DNA from: Eledone cirrhosa
Taxonomy: Eukaryota
Direction: 5' to 3'
Assembly: GCA_964016885.1 (NCBI GenBank)
Contig: OZ024766.1
Location: forward strand, 10,354,001 to 10,418,000
Length of the DNA stretch: 64,000 nucleotides
In this document: positions 1 through 15,251 of the stretch, piece after piece
Numbering within the stretch: position 1 is the stretch's first letter
Layout: each line of letters opens with the position of its first letter
Made by a program: the position numbers and the translations under genes
Notes under the pieces: generated by a model
Seen by the model: the letters and a program-made list of their open reading frames with translations, nothing else
What the model was told of the DNA's origin: nothing
Database searches by the model: none

Positions 1-2400
<2,400 letters not shown>

Positions 2401-2537
2401 ATACGTTAAAGGCCAAACATACTCAGACAATGGTTAAACCATTATCCACACAACCATAAAAACGACCAAGTAATTCAGGTCAAACAAATAAAAATATGTG
2501 TGATTGAAAATTGATAGTATAAATATATATATATATA

Positions 2538-2572
<35 letters not shown>

Positions 2573-2696
2573 GTAGGAGGTGAGTTTTATTGTAGTACAA
2601 TAAAGCAATGCAGATATTGGATAAGAAGCACTCTACAGTTTGTAGGACTGGAGTATGCATAATATAAGATCAAAAGATGGTTAAAGGAGTTCCATA

Positions 2697-2767
2697 TATT
2701 TTATTATGCGCATTTCAAAAACAAACATCATCATGCAATAATATTTGTGTTTTCATCAGATAAAACA
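2697..2767 (-). ncRNA. Type I hammerhead ribozyme (inverted copy of 3431-3501)
   Basis: Reverse complement of the 3431-3501 motif. Confidence 0.85.
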
Positions 2768-3430
2768 GGAGAACATGATATGAAGGCTAAAAAACACATG
2801 TGGATAGTGCAGTTTTAAATCAACATATGAAAAGTGGTTTTAGATTGATGTGTGATATTGGGAAAGAGAGGGGTGGGTGGAAAGGATGAAAAGGGAAGGA
2901 GATGAGAGGGAGAGATGGGTGATAGAGAGAAAGAGATAGTTTTTATAACTGGGAGGAGATATATTTTTTACATAGAGAGGTTGAAAACCGTTGGAAGATA
3001 ATGTATAAATTAAAAATTTTGAAAATTAACGAAGGGAGGATATGTGCGAGGAAAAAGTATTTTATTTAGGGAGGGGGGTGGGGGGTGGAAAGGATGAAAA
3101 AAAGGGGGAGGAGATGAGAGTGAAGGTGGAGAGGGAGAGATGGGTGATAGAGAGAAAGAGATAGTTTTTATAACTGAGAAAAAGATATATTGTTTTAACA
3201 TAGAGAGGTTGGGAACCGTTGGAAGATAATGTATAAATTAAAGGAATTTGAAAATTAACGAAGGGAAATTATGTATTCTCATCTCCTTCCCTTTTCATCC
3301 TTTCCCCCCCCCCCCTCTCTAAATAAAATATTTTTCCCAATATCACACATCAATCTAAAACCACTTTTCATATGTTGATTTAAAACTGCACTATCCACAA
3401 GTGTTTTTTAGCCTTCATATCATGTTCTCC

Positions 3431-3501
3431 TGTTTTATCTGATGAAAACACAAATATTATTGCATGATGATGTTTGTTTTTGAAATGCGCATAATAAAAT
3501 A
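3431..3501 (+). ncRNA. Type I hammerhead ribozyme, intact core
   Basis: tgttttat|CTGATGA|~16-bp stem II with GCAT loop|GAAA|TGCGCA palindromic stem III|TA|ataaaata. Confidence 0.88.
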
Positions 3502-3531
3502 TATGGAACTCCTTTAACCATCTTTTGATCT

Positions 3532-3593
<62 letters not shown>

Positions 3594-3825
3594 TACTGCA
3601 CCAAATGACCAGCCCTGTCCACTGTCCAGTTGGTCAAGTAGAGATTAAAATTGGCACTCCCAAAATTCTTATTTAGATTTACTCATGGTATTCTCATTAA
3701 AAACCCATTATATACTTGTTTAGCAGTAAATTATTTTACCATCTGTCATATTCTATCCCCTCTGTTCCCTCCTCTTTTACTAATATAAATACTTCAATTT
3801 TTCTGATTTTATCCAGTTTATCCAA

Positions 3826-3945
3826 AATCTCTGAAGAAGTGACAACTGTTTATACATTTGCTATCGAATACTTGCTAACATTATATGATTACGCAAGCAG
3901 CGATACATAGGTATTCGGTCTGTTACAGAAACATATGTCAATACC
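3826..3945 (+). ncRNA. Decayed hammerhead with long stem II insert
   Basis: CTGAAGA-a-gtgaca...tgttac-a-GAAA-CATATG-TC; stem I pairing is lost. Confidence 0.5.
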
Positions 3946-3993
3946 TAATAAATTCCTTTTTTAACAAAAGCACTTTCATTTTATATTCATCCT

Positions 3994-4037
<44 letters not shown>

Positions 4038-4204
4038 ATATATGTATATATTCATTAGTTAAGCAAAACAAGACCACAAACTTCATAAGGAAGACATTAT
4101 TAAAAGATTGTCAACATATTTTAGTTTGATGTAAGGAATGTAGAGAATAATAATAATAATATTAATAATAATAATATTAATAATGATAATATTAATAATG
4201 ATTT

Positions 4205-4540
4205 CTTTATTAACCACAAGGGTTTACATAAAGTAGACATTAAGGACAGTGCAGGACAATGCAGGACGGTACAAATGGGCATTTCTGCGTGTAAAAAAAC
4301 AAAAACAGAGGATGTAACAAAAATAACAATGAAAATAACAATGAAAAATTCCCCAATAGGGGGGAGACTTCGGAGGGACATTTGTGGAGAAAGCCCAGTA
4401 AAAAGCCACAATGACCCTGACCACCAAGGCAAGTGCCCTCTCCCAGTTTTCCACCTTTAATTTACAGATATATGCTCAGAGTAGGCCCATTCACTCGGGC
4501 CATTCTTGCTTCTCTCACCCATCTTTCAACAAAATGCTGA
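4205..4540 (-). mobile_element. 3' end fragment of an L1/Tx1-related LINE
   Basis: Minus strand encodes FVERWVREARMARVNGPTLSIYL*, homologous to the C-terminus of the 35-39 kb element; AATAAA then a TAA/TTA-rich tail. Confidence 0.75.
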
Positions 4541-4732
4541 AATATTAATAATGATAATGTCCGTTTACAATTGTTTCGCTACTCCATATAATATTTCTGG
4601 ATCAGATGATTATATATCATTATTGATTTGGTTCAGTTGAAAATAATTAACATAGGTTAAGATAGAGCAGCTCATCTCCTATCTCCATCTCTCTCTTTAA
4701 GATTGGTTACTCTTGAACTGTGTATATATATA

Positions 4733-7700
4733 TCATCATCATCATCATCATCACCGTTTTACGTCCGTTCTTCCACGCTAGCATGGGTTAGACGGGTTGT
4801 CCTGTTGTGGGCAGTGTCTGGTCGGCTGACCATGCCTTGCTCATACAGGAACTGATCTGGCTTGATTTCTACAGCTGGATGCCCTTCCTAACACCAACCT
4901 CATTTACAGTGAGTGCTGGGTGCTTTTTCGTGGCGCCTACACGTCCACTTTACAGTGTGGGCTGGGTGCTTTTTTGCCGTGGCACCTCCACGACCACCTT
5001 GCGGTGGGGGGGGGGGGCATATTGTTTATATGCTTCAGCATGTACCCATGGGAGGTCGGGTACCCTGTATTACTGCGTGACGCCAGAAGTCACGGTCGTG
5101 TGTCATTGACTTTGAGAGGTGTAGTTGGGTAAGGTCGGCTTTTATCACCTCATCCCAAGTCATCTTGGGTCTCCCCACTCCGCGGTTTCCATCAACTTCT
5201 AGTGCTCTGCACCTTTTTATGCAGCTGTCATCCTTCATACGCATCACATGTCCATACCAGCGTAACCGCCTCTCCTGCACGCAGCATTTGATTCCTCTTA
5301 TGCTCAGTCTCTCTCTCAATTCATTTATGCTTTGTCGTTCACGTATATTACTGTTACACATCCATCGGAGCATGCAGGCTTCGTTTCTCTCTAATCTACG
5401 TAAGTCTTCCACCTTCAGCGCCCAGGTCTCACTACCATGCAACATCGCTGTTCGGATACACGCATCATACAGTCTGCCTTTCATTCTGAGGGAGAAGCCT
5501 TTTGCAGCTAGCAGTGGTAGTAGTTCCCTAAACTTCTTCCATCCCGTTCTTACCCTAGTTATTGTACTTTCTGAGCACCCACCTCCGTTGCTAATTCGGT
5601 CACCTAGGTAGCAGAAGCTGTCTACTGTTTCTACAGGGCCCTCCCAGAGATTGGTGGTACTTGTTTCCTGTGGCTGTTTGCTTGCTGTTTCAGCACAGCT
5701 GCTGCATGTGAATCCTACATTCTTAATTAAGCTTCCTGAGATCCCGCTACATCTCTTGTGTACCCATTGTTTGCATTTGGGGCAGAGAATGGAGTTCCTA
5801 CCTACACCTTTCCTACATACTGAGCAAGGCCATTTCCCTGAGGGGATCTGGGTTCTGTTTTCTCGTCTACTTATAAGGACCTTAGTCTTTGTCATGTTGA
5901 CTTTGAGGCCCTTTCTCTCTAGTCCCTGCTTCCAGGTTTGGAATTTATTCTCTAGTTCTACCATAGATTCAGCTATGAGTGCGAGGTCATCAGCATACAG
6001 GAGTTCCCATGGGCATCCGGTCTTAAACTCCTCCGTTATTGCCTGCAGGACTATGATGAACAGGAGAGGGCTAAGAACAGAGCCCTGGTGGACCCCAACC
6101 TGTACACTAAATTCCTCGCTATACTCATTGCCAATCCTAACTTTGCTGACTGCTCCCCTATACATGGCTTGTACCGCTTTCACAAGCCATTCATCTACTC
6201 CTAGTTTTCTAAGAGCCCACCAGATTACTGCACGTGGAACTCTGTCAAAGGCTTTCTCAAGGTCGACAAATGCCAAGTAGAGTGGCTTACTTTTAGCTAG
6301 GTACTTTTCCTGTAATTGCCTCACAAGGAAGAGCGCATCAGTGGTGCCTTTCCCTGGAACAAACCCAAATTGCATCTCGTCTATATTCACCCGGTCCCTA
6401 ATCAGCTGTGCTATAACTCTTTCTGTTACTTTCATGACCTGGTCCATCAACTTTATACCTCTATAGTTTCCTCTATCTAGTGCATCGCCTTTACCTTTGT
6501 AGCAGTTGACAATGATGCTACTGCACCAATCTTTTGGTATGGCCCCCTCTAGTATTACCTGGTTAACGATACGTGTGGTTATAGTGTGACCTACAGACCC
6601 AGATGCCTTCAGCATCTCGGCAGCTATACCCGATGGACCGGTTGCCTTCCCTATCTTCATATCTCTGATTGCCTTACTTACTACGCTGCCGCTGACTTGT
6701 ACTGCTGGTCCCTCTATAGGGTCTACGTGGGGTAGGGTCTCTTCTTCCCATGCATTCTCCTCATTTAGTAATCTATCATAATGACTCTTCCATGCATCTT
6801 TCTTCTCAGCACTTGTGAGGGCAAGCTCACCTTTATCATTCCGGATACACTTCTCTCCAATGACATCACAACTATCTCTGACACACTGCCTCGCAATCTT
6901 GAATACCTCCTGTTTCTGGTCCTCACGTTGTAAAACATGCTTGAATTTTCTATCCTCTGCTTCCCTCCTAGCTAAGTATACTTGTCGCCTAGCTTCCCTC
7001 TTGGTCTCTATGTAATGTACCCTGCTCCCCCCGTTCTTCCATTCTTTCCATGCCTGTCTCTTGGCCTTGACTGCTTCATCTACCTTATTGTTCCACCACC
7101 AAGTCACTCTCCTCCTGCTTGAGGTCTTACTCCAGCCACAAACCTCATCCGTCGCCTCTAGTAAGTTATTTTTTAGGAACTCCCAGTTCTCTTCTACGTT
7201 AAATGTCTCTATCTGTTCTTCTTTACTGTCGTAGGCGTTGAGTAAAATATCTTTAAATCTGTTACTGGTTGAGGGGACTTTCAGCTTCCAGATCTTTCTT
7301 CTCCAGGTTGGCCTCTGTTTCAGGGCTCGTCTAGTTCTGACCGTGAGGTCGCTGACAACTAAGCTATGTTGGGATGTACATTCCTCACTAGGGAAGGCTT
7401 TTGTGTTTACGACCGTCCATCTGTCACGTCCTCTGATGAGGATAAAATCTAACTGACTAGAGTGCTCCCCTGATCTATAGGTGATCAGGTGGTTGTCGGG
7501 TTTTTTAAAGTTTGTGTTACATATCGACATGTCATTGGCGTCGCAGAATTCTAGAAGTCTGAATCCTTCCTCATTCCTTGTGCCAACTCCATGGCCTCCA
7601 TGTACTCTATTGAAGCCGTCGCAGTGTTTACCTACGTGTCCGTTAAAATCTCCTGCAATGATTAGGAAGTCCTTGTCGTCTGTTAGAGCAGTAGTGTGTA

Positions 7701-8440
7701 TTAGGGACTCGTAAAACCTATCCTTAAGTTCGTCTGGCAGCCCCGATTGGGGTGCGTAAGCTGATATTATTGTGGTAATTGTCTTATTCAGGACTAGTCT
7801 GAGTTTAATGATTCTTGCATTTACCCTGTACACTGAGATTACTTTATCTACCCACTTGTCAGCTAATAGTATACCTACACCACCCATCCCATCGTCATTT
7901 CCCACCCAGAAAAATTTGTAGCACTGGCTTTTTCCTACAAGGACTCTAGCAGACCCTCCTCTCCATCTAGTCTCTTGCACACAGCATACATCAACTTCCT
8001 TTCGCTCTAGCATTTCTACGATTTCTCCTGCTCTTCCTTTCATTGAGCCTACATTGATGGTACCAACTCGGAGTTTTGGGCATTTGTCGACACTCGTAGG
8101 GGAGGGTCTCTGGGTTGGCGCTTCACGTGGGTGCTTGGTAGCTCGCAGATTCATATTTCATCTATTGATTCAGAGTTGCTCGTGTATTCCCAGCTCATCC
8201 ATCCATAACGGTGGGAAAATTGAGGGCTAGAAGGACAGTGGTGGTGGGGTAATGGCAGGGTGTGTTGGGATGCGCCAGAGGAGGAGAGAGTTAGTTAGGC
8301 AGGTAGTAGCAGCAGCAGCAGTGGAAATGGCATGCTAGGTTTGATTGGTCGAATAGACTATGGTGGTGAGTGGGGGTGGGGGGGAGGGAAATTGTGAGGT
8401 AGGAACTGAGGGTCGCATGGTAAATATCCAAGTTAATACT
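4733..8440 (-). mobile_element. Apparently full-length RTE-clade LINE with (GAT)n 3' tail
   Basis: Single ORF with APE and RT, ~300-bp 3' UTR, (TCA)n at 4733-4752, both sides near TA tracts; 5' boundary approximate. Confidence 0.92.
5035..8154 (-). CDS. RTE LINE ORF: AP endonuclease + reverse transcriptase with inserted PHD-like zinc finger (1039 aa)
   Basis: APE motifs GTINV, QETRW, YAP, GDFNGH, LDFIL; RT motifs QFGF, FVDLEKAFDRV, GVHQGSVLSPLLF, YADD, FCYLG; C-terminal RRLRWYGHV and GRP..TW. Confidence 0.96.
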   Translation of the reverse strand: MNLRATKHPREAPTQRPSPTSVDKCPKLRVGTINVGSMKGRAGEIVEMLERKEVDVCCVQETRWRGGSARVLVGKSQCYKFFWVGNDDGMGGVGILLADKWVDKVISVYRVNARIIKLRLVLNKTITTIISAYAPQSGLPDELKDRFYESLIHTTALTDDKDFLIIAGDFNGHVGKHCDGFNRVHGGHGVGTRNEEGFRLLEFCDANDMSICNTNFKKPDNHLITYRSGEHSSQLDFILIRGRDRWTVVNTKAFPSEECTSQHSLVVSDLTVRTRRALKQRPTWRRKIWKLKVPSTSNRFKDILLNAYDSKEEQIETFNVEENWEFLKNNLLEATDEVCGWSKTSSRRRVTWWWNNKVDEAVKAKRQAWKEWKNGGSRVHYIETKREARRQVYLARREAEDRKFKHVLQREDQKQEVFKIARQCVRDSCDVIGEKCIRNDKGELALTSAEKKDAWKSHYDRLLNEENAWEEETLPHVDPIEGPAVQVSGSVVSKAIRDMKIGKATGPSGIAAEMLKASGSVGHTITTRIVNQVILEGAIPKDWCSSIIVNCYKGKGDALDRGNYRGIKLMDQVMKVTERVIAQLIRDRVNIDEMQFGFVPGKGTTDALFLVRQLQEKYLAKSKPLYLAFVDLEKAFDRVPRAVIWWALRKLGVDEWLVKAVQAMYRGAVSKVRIGNEYSEEFSVQVGVHQGSVLSPLLFIIVLQAITEEFKTGCPWELLYADDLALIAESMVELENKFQTWKQGLERKGLKVNMTKTKVLISRRENRTQIPSGKWPCSVCRKGVGRNSILCPKCKQWVHKRCSGISGSLIKNVGFTCSSCAETASKQPQETSTTNLWEGPVETVDSFCYLGDRISNGGGCSESTITRVRTGWKKFRELLPLLAAKGFSLRMKGRLYDACIRTAMLHGSETWALKVEDLRRLERNEACMLRWMCNSNIRERQSINELRERLSIRGIKCCVQERRLRWYGHVMRMKDDSCIKRCRALEVDGNRGVGRPKMTWDEVIKADLTQLHLSKSMTHDRDFWRHAVIQGTRPPMGTC

Positions 8441-8500
8441 ACATCAGTAAAATTAACAATAATAACGTCATGAAAAATATATATATATATATATATATAC

Positions 8501-8531
<31 letters not shown>

Positions 8532-8674
8532 GTATATACTATATATATATGTATATACTATGTATATGTATATACTATATATATATGTATATACTATATA
8601 TATATATATGTATATATATATACTATAAACTATCAATCACATATATTTTTATATGTTTAACCCATGGTTGTGCG

Positions 8675-8723
<49 letters not shown>

Positions 8724-9140
8724 TACACACATATATATATACATATGCATTTATATACATATACATACATATGCATATATATATATATACATACATATAC
8801 ATACATACATATACATATATATATATACATACATATGCATATATATATATACATACATATACATACATACATATACATATATATACATATACATACATAT
8901 GCATATATATATATATACATACATATACATACATACATATACATATATATACATATATATACATATGCATATATATATATATATATATACATATGCATAT
9001 ATATATATATATACATACATATACATACATATACATATATATATACATAGCTCTGGCTCTTCTGATCATTGAGCACTTGCCACATATCCCGGAAGTTGTT
9101 TTCCGTTAATTCCTAAGCCGAAATACGGTTCTCACTAATT

Positions 9141-9179
<39 letters not shown>

Positions 9180-9200
9180 ATGTATATATGTATATGTATA

Positions 9201-10005
9201 TCTATATATATATAACTGTGGTTGTCTGTCTGTCTATCGATATTTGGCACACATCTCCTCTTAGAATCTCTCACGGAATTGCTAGACTTGTACATTGAGC
9301 CCTAGCGAAGACATCGGAAAAAAAAATATTTCAAATTGACCCGCCCTATGTGACGAAATCGAATATAATGTATCGATTTTTGAGCGTAAGTTATCAGTTA
9401 TTTCCCTTTGTTCTGTTTACATTGAGCGTCTTACGTAAAAAATTACGCTGGCTTTCTCAGCGTTTAAAATGACATTAACACAATACACGAACAGTTGTCG
9501 AGCCAGCAAAATATTGACCTGCAAAATTCATCAGTTCGAACACTAAGCTTCCGTTTTGCTTCATTTCCATTTAAAAGCATTTTAAAACAATATTTTTACT
9601 TGAAAACAAGTCTATTTAAAGACTACGTAAAACAAGCAAATATTTCAGGCGTGCAGACAGACAGTCGTGCAGAGAGGTGATATAGGCGTGCAGACAGACA
9701 TAACTGATAATTTGGTTACGCTAATGTTTTTCTCTGCGTTGCAGTGTTTACATTTTCGATCTTTGTTAATAAATAACCAGTGCAGTTTTTATCCCCAGCA
9801 TCCTCTTTTGTTATAACATTCGGGTTATCGTTATGTTTTCTTAACTTCATAAGGCATATTGTTGGTTGAGGGAATATTAATCAAAAACACCACATGCAAG
9901 TCTGCACAGTAGACACTACAGTTTTTAAGCAAAAAAAGAAACTTAACATTGTAACTTTAACACAGCTACTGAGCGACCCCGAGCAACGCCGGGCTTTACT
10001 GCTAG
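9201..10005 (+). mobile_element. Non-autonomous Helitron, complete copy
   Basis: 5' A|TCTATATATA...GTTGTCTGTCTGT; 3' subterminal hairpin CCCGAGCAACGCCGGG then CTAG|T; no TSD. Confidence 0.8.
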
Positions 10006-10011
10006 TATATA

Positions 10012-11664
10012 TCTATATATATAAAACTGTGGTTGTCTGTCTGTCTATCGATTTTTGGCACACATCTCCTCTTAGAATCTCTCACGGAATTGCACCGAAA
10101 TTGCTAGACTTGTACATTGAGCCCTAGTGAAGACATCGGAAAAAAAAATTTCAAATTGACCCGCCCTATCTGACGAAATCGAATATAATGTATCGATTTT
10201 TGAGCGTAAGTGATCAGTTATTTCCCTTTGTTCTGTTTACATTGAGCGTCTGCGTGCAAAAATTAAAAAAATTACGCTGGCTTTCTCAGCGTTTAAAAGG
10301 ACATTAACACAATACACGAACAGTTGTCGAGCCAGCAAAATTCATCAGTTCGAACACTAAGCTTCCGTTTAGCTTCATTTCCATTTAAAAGCCTTTTAAC
10401 ACAATAATTTTTACTTGAAAACAAGTCTATTTAAAGACTACGTAAAACAAGCAAATATTTCGTAAAAAAAAGCAAAAATTATATAAGTTTATTTAAAATA
10501 TATGTATCTGTAAATTTCGTTAGGCGTGCAGTCAGTTTTATATATATAGATGATAAACAATAATATCCTCTATGAGGTCACTAAACTTGCTAGAAACAGC
10601 AGCTAACTCTCCCTCATATCACACCACTCCCTACTGTCTTAATTTAGAAAACACATATCCTCTATGAGGTTACTAAACCTGCTAGAAACAGCAGCTAATT
10701 CTCCCTCATATCACACCACTCCCTACTGTCTTAAATTTAGAAAACACATATCCTCTATGAGGTTACTAAACCTGCTAGAAACAGCAGCTAACTCTCCCTC
10801 ATATCACACCACTCCCTACTGTCTTAAATTTAGAAAACACATATCCTCTATGAGGTTACTAAACCTGCTAGAAACAGCAGCTAACTCTCCCTCATATCGC
10901 ACCACTCCCTACTGTCTTAAATTTAGAAAACACATATCCTCTATGAGGTTACTAAACCTGCTAGAAACAGCAGCTAACTCTCCCCCATATCATACCCCTC
11001 CCTACTGTCTTAAATTTAGAAAACATATCTTCTATGAGGTCACTAAACCTGCTAGAAACAGCAGCTAACTCTCCCCCATATCACACCCCTCTCTACTGTC
11101 TTAAATTTAGAAAACATATCTTCTATGAGGTCACTAAACCTGCTAGAAACAGCAGCTAACTCTCCCTCATATCACACCACTCCCTACTGTCTTAAATTTA
11201 GAAAACACATATCCTCTATGAGGTCACTAAACCTGCTAGAAACAGCAGCTAACTCTCCCTCATATCACACCACTCCCTACTGTCTTAAATTTAGAAAACA
11301 CATATCCTCTATGAGGTCACTAAACCTGCTAGAAACAACAGCTAACTCTCCCTCATATCACAACCCTCCCTACTGTCTTAAATTTAGAAAACACACAGAC
11401 AACCATGCAGAACAACTCCATCGCAGCTCTGTTGTTCGGCTGGCATCGTCTACGCGCGTGTTGCGTAAGTACTGTGAAACAATAAATTTCAACACTTTTT
11501 TGCACAGAGATAATATCCATAGGCGAAACTACAATTGTCACTGCTGGCGCAGCTCCTGCTTCCGGGTCTGCAATTCATTCACCCAGTGCCTGGCAGACAA
11601 AAAAGTGCTGCAACCTAACTTTGGTAACTTAATGACCCCGAGCAATGCCGGGCTTTAATGCTAG
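10012..11664 (+). mobile_element. Second, tandem Helitron (composite) enclosing a 93-bp tandem array
   Basis: 10012-~10530 repeats the 5' part of the first copy; ends CCCGAGCAATGCCGGG...CTAG|T at 11664. Confidence 0.7.
10563..11395 (+). repeat. ~93-bp tandem array, ~9 copies
   Basis: Unit atatcctctatgaggtcactaaacctgctagaaacagcagc...ttagaaaacac; 31-aa periodicity in the ORF track. Confidence 0.93.
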
Positions 11665-11720
11665 TATATATATATATATGTATATATGTATATGTATATA
11701 TGTATATGTATATATATATA

Positions 11721-12105
11721 AGTCAATGACACACGACCGTGACTTCTGGCGTCACGCAGTAATACAGGGTACCCGACCTCCCATGGGTACATGCTGAAGC
11801 ATATAAACAATATGCCCCCCCCCCCCCCCACCGCAAGGTGGTCGTGGAGGTGCCACGGCAAAAAAGCACCCAGCCCACACTGTAAAGTGGACGTGTAGGC
11901 GCCACGAAAAAGCACCCAGCACTCACTGTAAATGAGGTTGGTGTTAGGAAGGGCATCCAGCTGTAGAAATCAAGCCAGATCAGTTCCTGTATGAGCAAGG
12001 CATGGTCAGCCGACCAGACACTGCCCACAACAGGACAACCCGTCTAACCCATGCTAGCGTGGAAGAACGGACGTAAAACGGTGATGATGATGATGATGAT
12101 GATGA
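11721..12105 (+). mobile_element. RTE LINE 3' end fragment
   Basis: Near-identical to the reverse complement of 4733-5111; (GAT)n tail; flanked by TA tracts. Confidence 0.93.
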
Positions 12106-12344
12106 TATATAGTATATGTATATATATATGTATATATATATGTATATATATATGTATATATATATGTATATATATATATAGTATATGTATATATATATAT
12201 AGTATATGTATATATATATATAGTATATGTATATATATATATAGTATATGTATATATATATGTATATATATATGTATATATATATGTATATATATATGTA
12301 TATATATATATATGTATATATATGTATATATATATATATGTATA

Positions 12345-12393
<49 letters not shown>

Positions 12394-12412
12394 GTATATA
12401 TATATATGTATA

Positions 12413-12492
<80 letters not shown>

Positions 12493-12499
12493 TATGTAT

Positions 12500-12607
<108 letters not shown>

Positions 12608-13031
12608 TATGTATATATATATATGTATATATATATGTATATATATATATGTATATATATATGTATATATATATATGTATATATATATATGTATATATAT
12701 ATGTATATATATATATGTATATATATATATGTATATATATATATGTATATATATATGTATATATATATATGTATATATATATATAGTATATGTATATATA
12801 TATATGTATATATATATATAGTATATGTATATATATATATGTATATATATATATAGTATATGTATATATATATATAGTATATGTATATATATATATATGT
12901 ATATATATATATAGTATATGTATATATATATATATGTATATGTATATATATATATGTATATATATATAGTATATGTATATATATATATGTATATATATAT
13001 ATAGTATATGTATATATATATATAGTATATG

Positions 13032-13079
<48 letters not shown>

Positions 13080-13130
13080 GTATATGTATATATATATATG
13101 TATATATATATATATAGTATATGTATATAT

Positions 13131-13965
13131 ATATAACTTTGAATAACTTTGAAATGTTTTGGCCAGTATTGGCCCAGGCCATGTCTAACTTAATAGCACC
13201 ACCTGGCGAAGTCTTTCAATTCAGGATTTGGGCACCATGGCCCATTCGAGAAGAGAATTACTGTTTGCGGAGACATATCCGGGTGTGGGTGGTTTGTCCG
13301 GGATTACTTGGAGGAATTTGTCCAAAGACTTCTTGAATTTTGTGTGGTCAGTTTCTGTTTTGACGTGTCCTGGTGTGATGTTGAAGAGAGCAGGGCCGAT
13401 TGAGGTGAAATAATTGTGCCGTATTGTTGTTATGAGTTGCGATTTAGATTTTTGAATGGGACGGATAGCACGGGGCCCAAGCCTTGGGTGTATCTTGAAG
13501 GCGATGCCAACATCATTTGGGCAGTGATGATGGAACATTTTCCACATCATGCAGATAATATAACGCTCACGGCGACGTTGGAGTGAGTAAAGTTTCAGGT
13601 TTTCCAATCGACCCCAGTAGTCAAGGTCTGACATGCCATCTATCTTTTTCGTGATTGCCCTTTGAGGAGCTTCAAGTTTCATGATACTTTGTTTCGTGTG
13701 GGGAGACCACAGTGGACAACAGTATTCAAGGTGTGGTCGGGCGAAAGTAGAGAAGAGAAGGATAATGGTGCGGGAATCTCTCGACTGGAAGGTTCTGAGG
13801 ATCCAGGAACACATTCTGCGGGCCATGTCAACTTTGCTGCTTATATGCGTGGTCCAGCTTATGTTGCTGTCCACGGTTACTCCCAAGTCTCTGATGTTGT
13901 TAGATGCCACGAGAGTTTCCCCTTTCCCCGGAGGGAAGGGAAGTACGGGAGTTTCAGAGCATCCT
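13131..13965 (-). mobile_element. 5'-truncated CR1-group LINE (RT C-terminus + 3' UTR)
   Basis: ORF 13221-13910 with [31 protein letters not shown]; 3' stem-loop TGGCC...GGCCA and (TTCAAAGTTA)2 tail. Confidence 0.88.
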
Positions 13966-14086
13966 ATATATATATATAGTATATGTATATATATATATGT
14001 ATATATATATATATAGTATATGTATATATATATATGTATATATATATATAGTATATGTATATATATATATGTATATATATATATAG

Positions 14087-14246
<160 letters not shown>

Positions 14247-14492
14247 ATGTATATATATATATATAGTATATGTATATATATATATGTATATGTATATATA
14301 TATATGTATATATATATATAGTATATGTATATATATATATGTATATATATATATAGTATATGTATATGTATATATATATATGTATATATATATATAGTAT
14401 ATGTATATATATATATAGTATATGTATATATATATATATGTATATATATATATAGTATATGTATATATATATATGTATATATATATATATAG

Positions 14493-14601
<109 letters not shown>

Positions 14602-14638
14602 GTATATATATATATAGTATATGTATATATATATAGAG

Positions 14639-14735
<97 letters not shown>

Positions 14736-14738
14736 TAT

Positions 14739-15010
14739 CTATCTATCTGAGGCGGGTAAAATTCCCGAGATCCATGGACGAGTTCTCTCCAGCAGTCTCT
14801 GTCCCCTCATTATCGCTGCCATGTCCTGCATCTCCAACAGACCAGTGTCTGTCCTTAGGGCATTAACATACGTTAACCTTGGTCTTCCCCTTCTAGTGTG
14901 TCCATGTAGGGGCTCCCAAAGGAGCAAAAGTGACACAGAGGAGACTGAGGTTAGCTGAACATGCTCACCGACATCCAGAGTTGACACTGCACTCAGTGCT
15001 CCTGTGGGAG
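14739..15010 (-). mobile_element. Short RTE-type LINE 3' fragment (different family)
   Basis: [28 protein letters not shown] resembles RTE C-termini; GATA tail; inside TA tract. Confidence 0.6.
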
Positions 15011-15022
15011 TATATGTATATA

Positions 15023-15053
<31 letters not shown>

Positions 15054-15062
15054 GTATATGTA

Positions 15063-15099
<37 letters not shown>

Positions 15100-15192
15100 T
15101 ATGTATATATGTATGATATATATATATATATATAGTATATGTATATACGTATGTATATATATATATATATATATATAGTATATGTATATATG

Positions 15193-15251
<59 letters not shown>

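Larger units (their letters stand above)
2659..3540. mobile_element. Inverted duplication (~210-bp arms) of a Penelope-pLTR-like sequence carrying hammerhead ribozymes
   Basis: 2659-2865 is the reverse complement of 3333-3539; each arm holds a hammerhead; adjacent 2571-2656 recurs at ~42628-42712. Confidence 0.75.
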
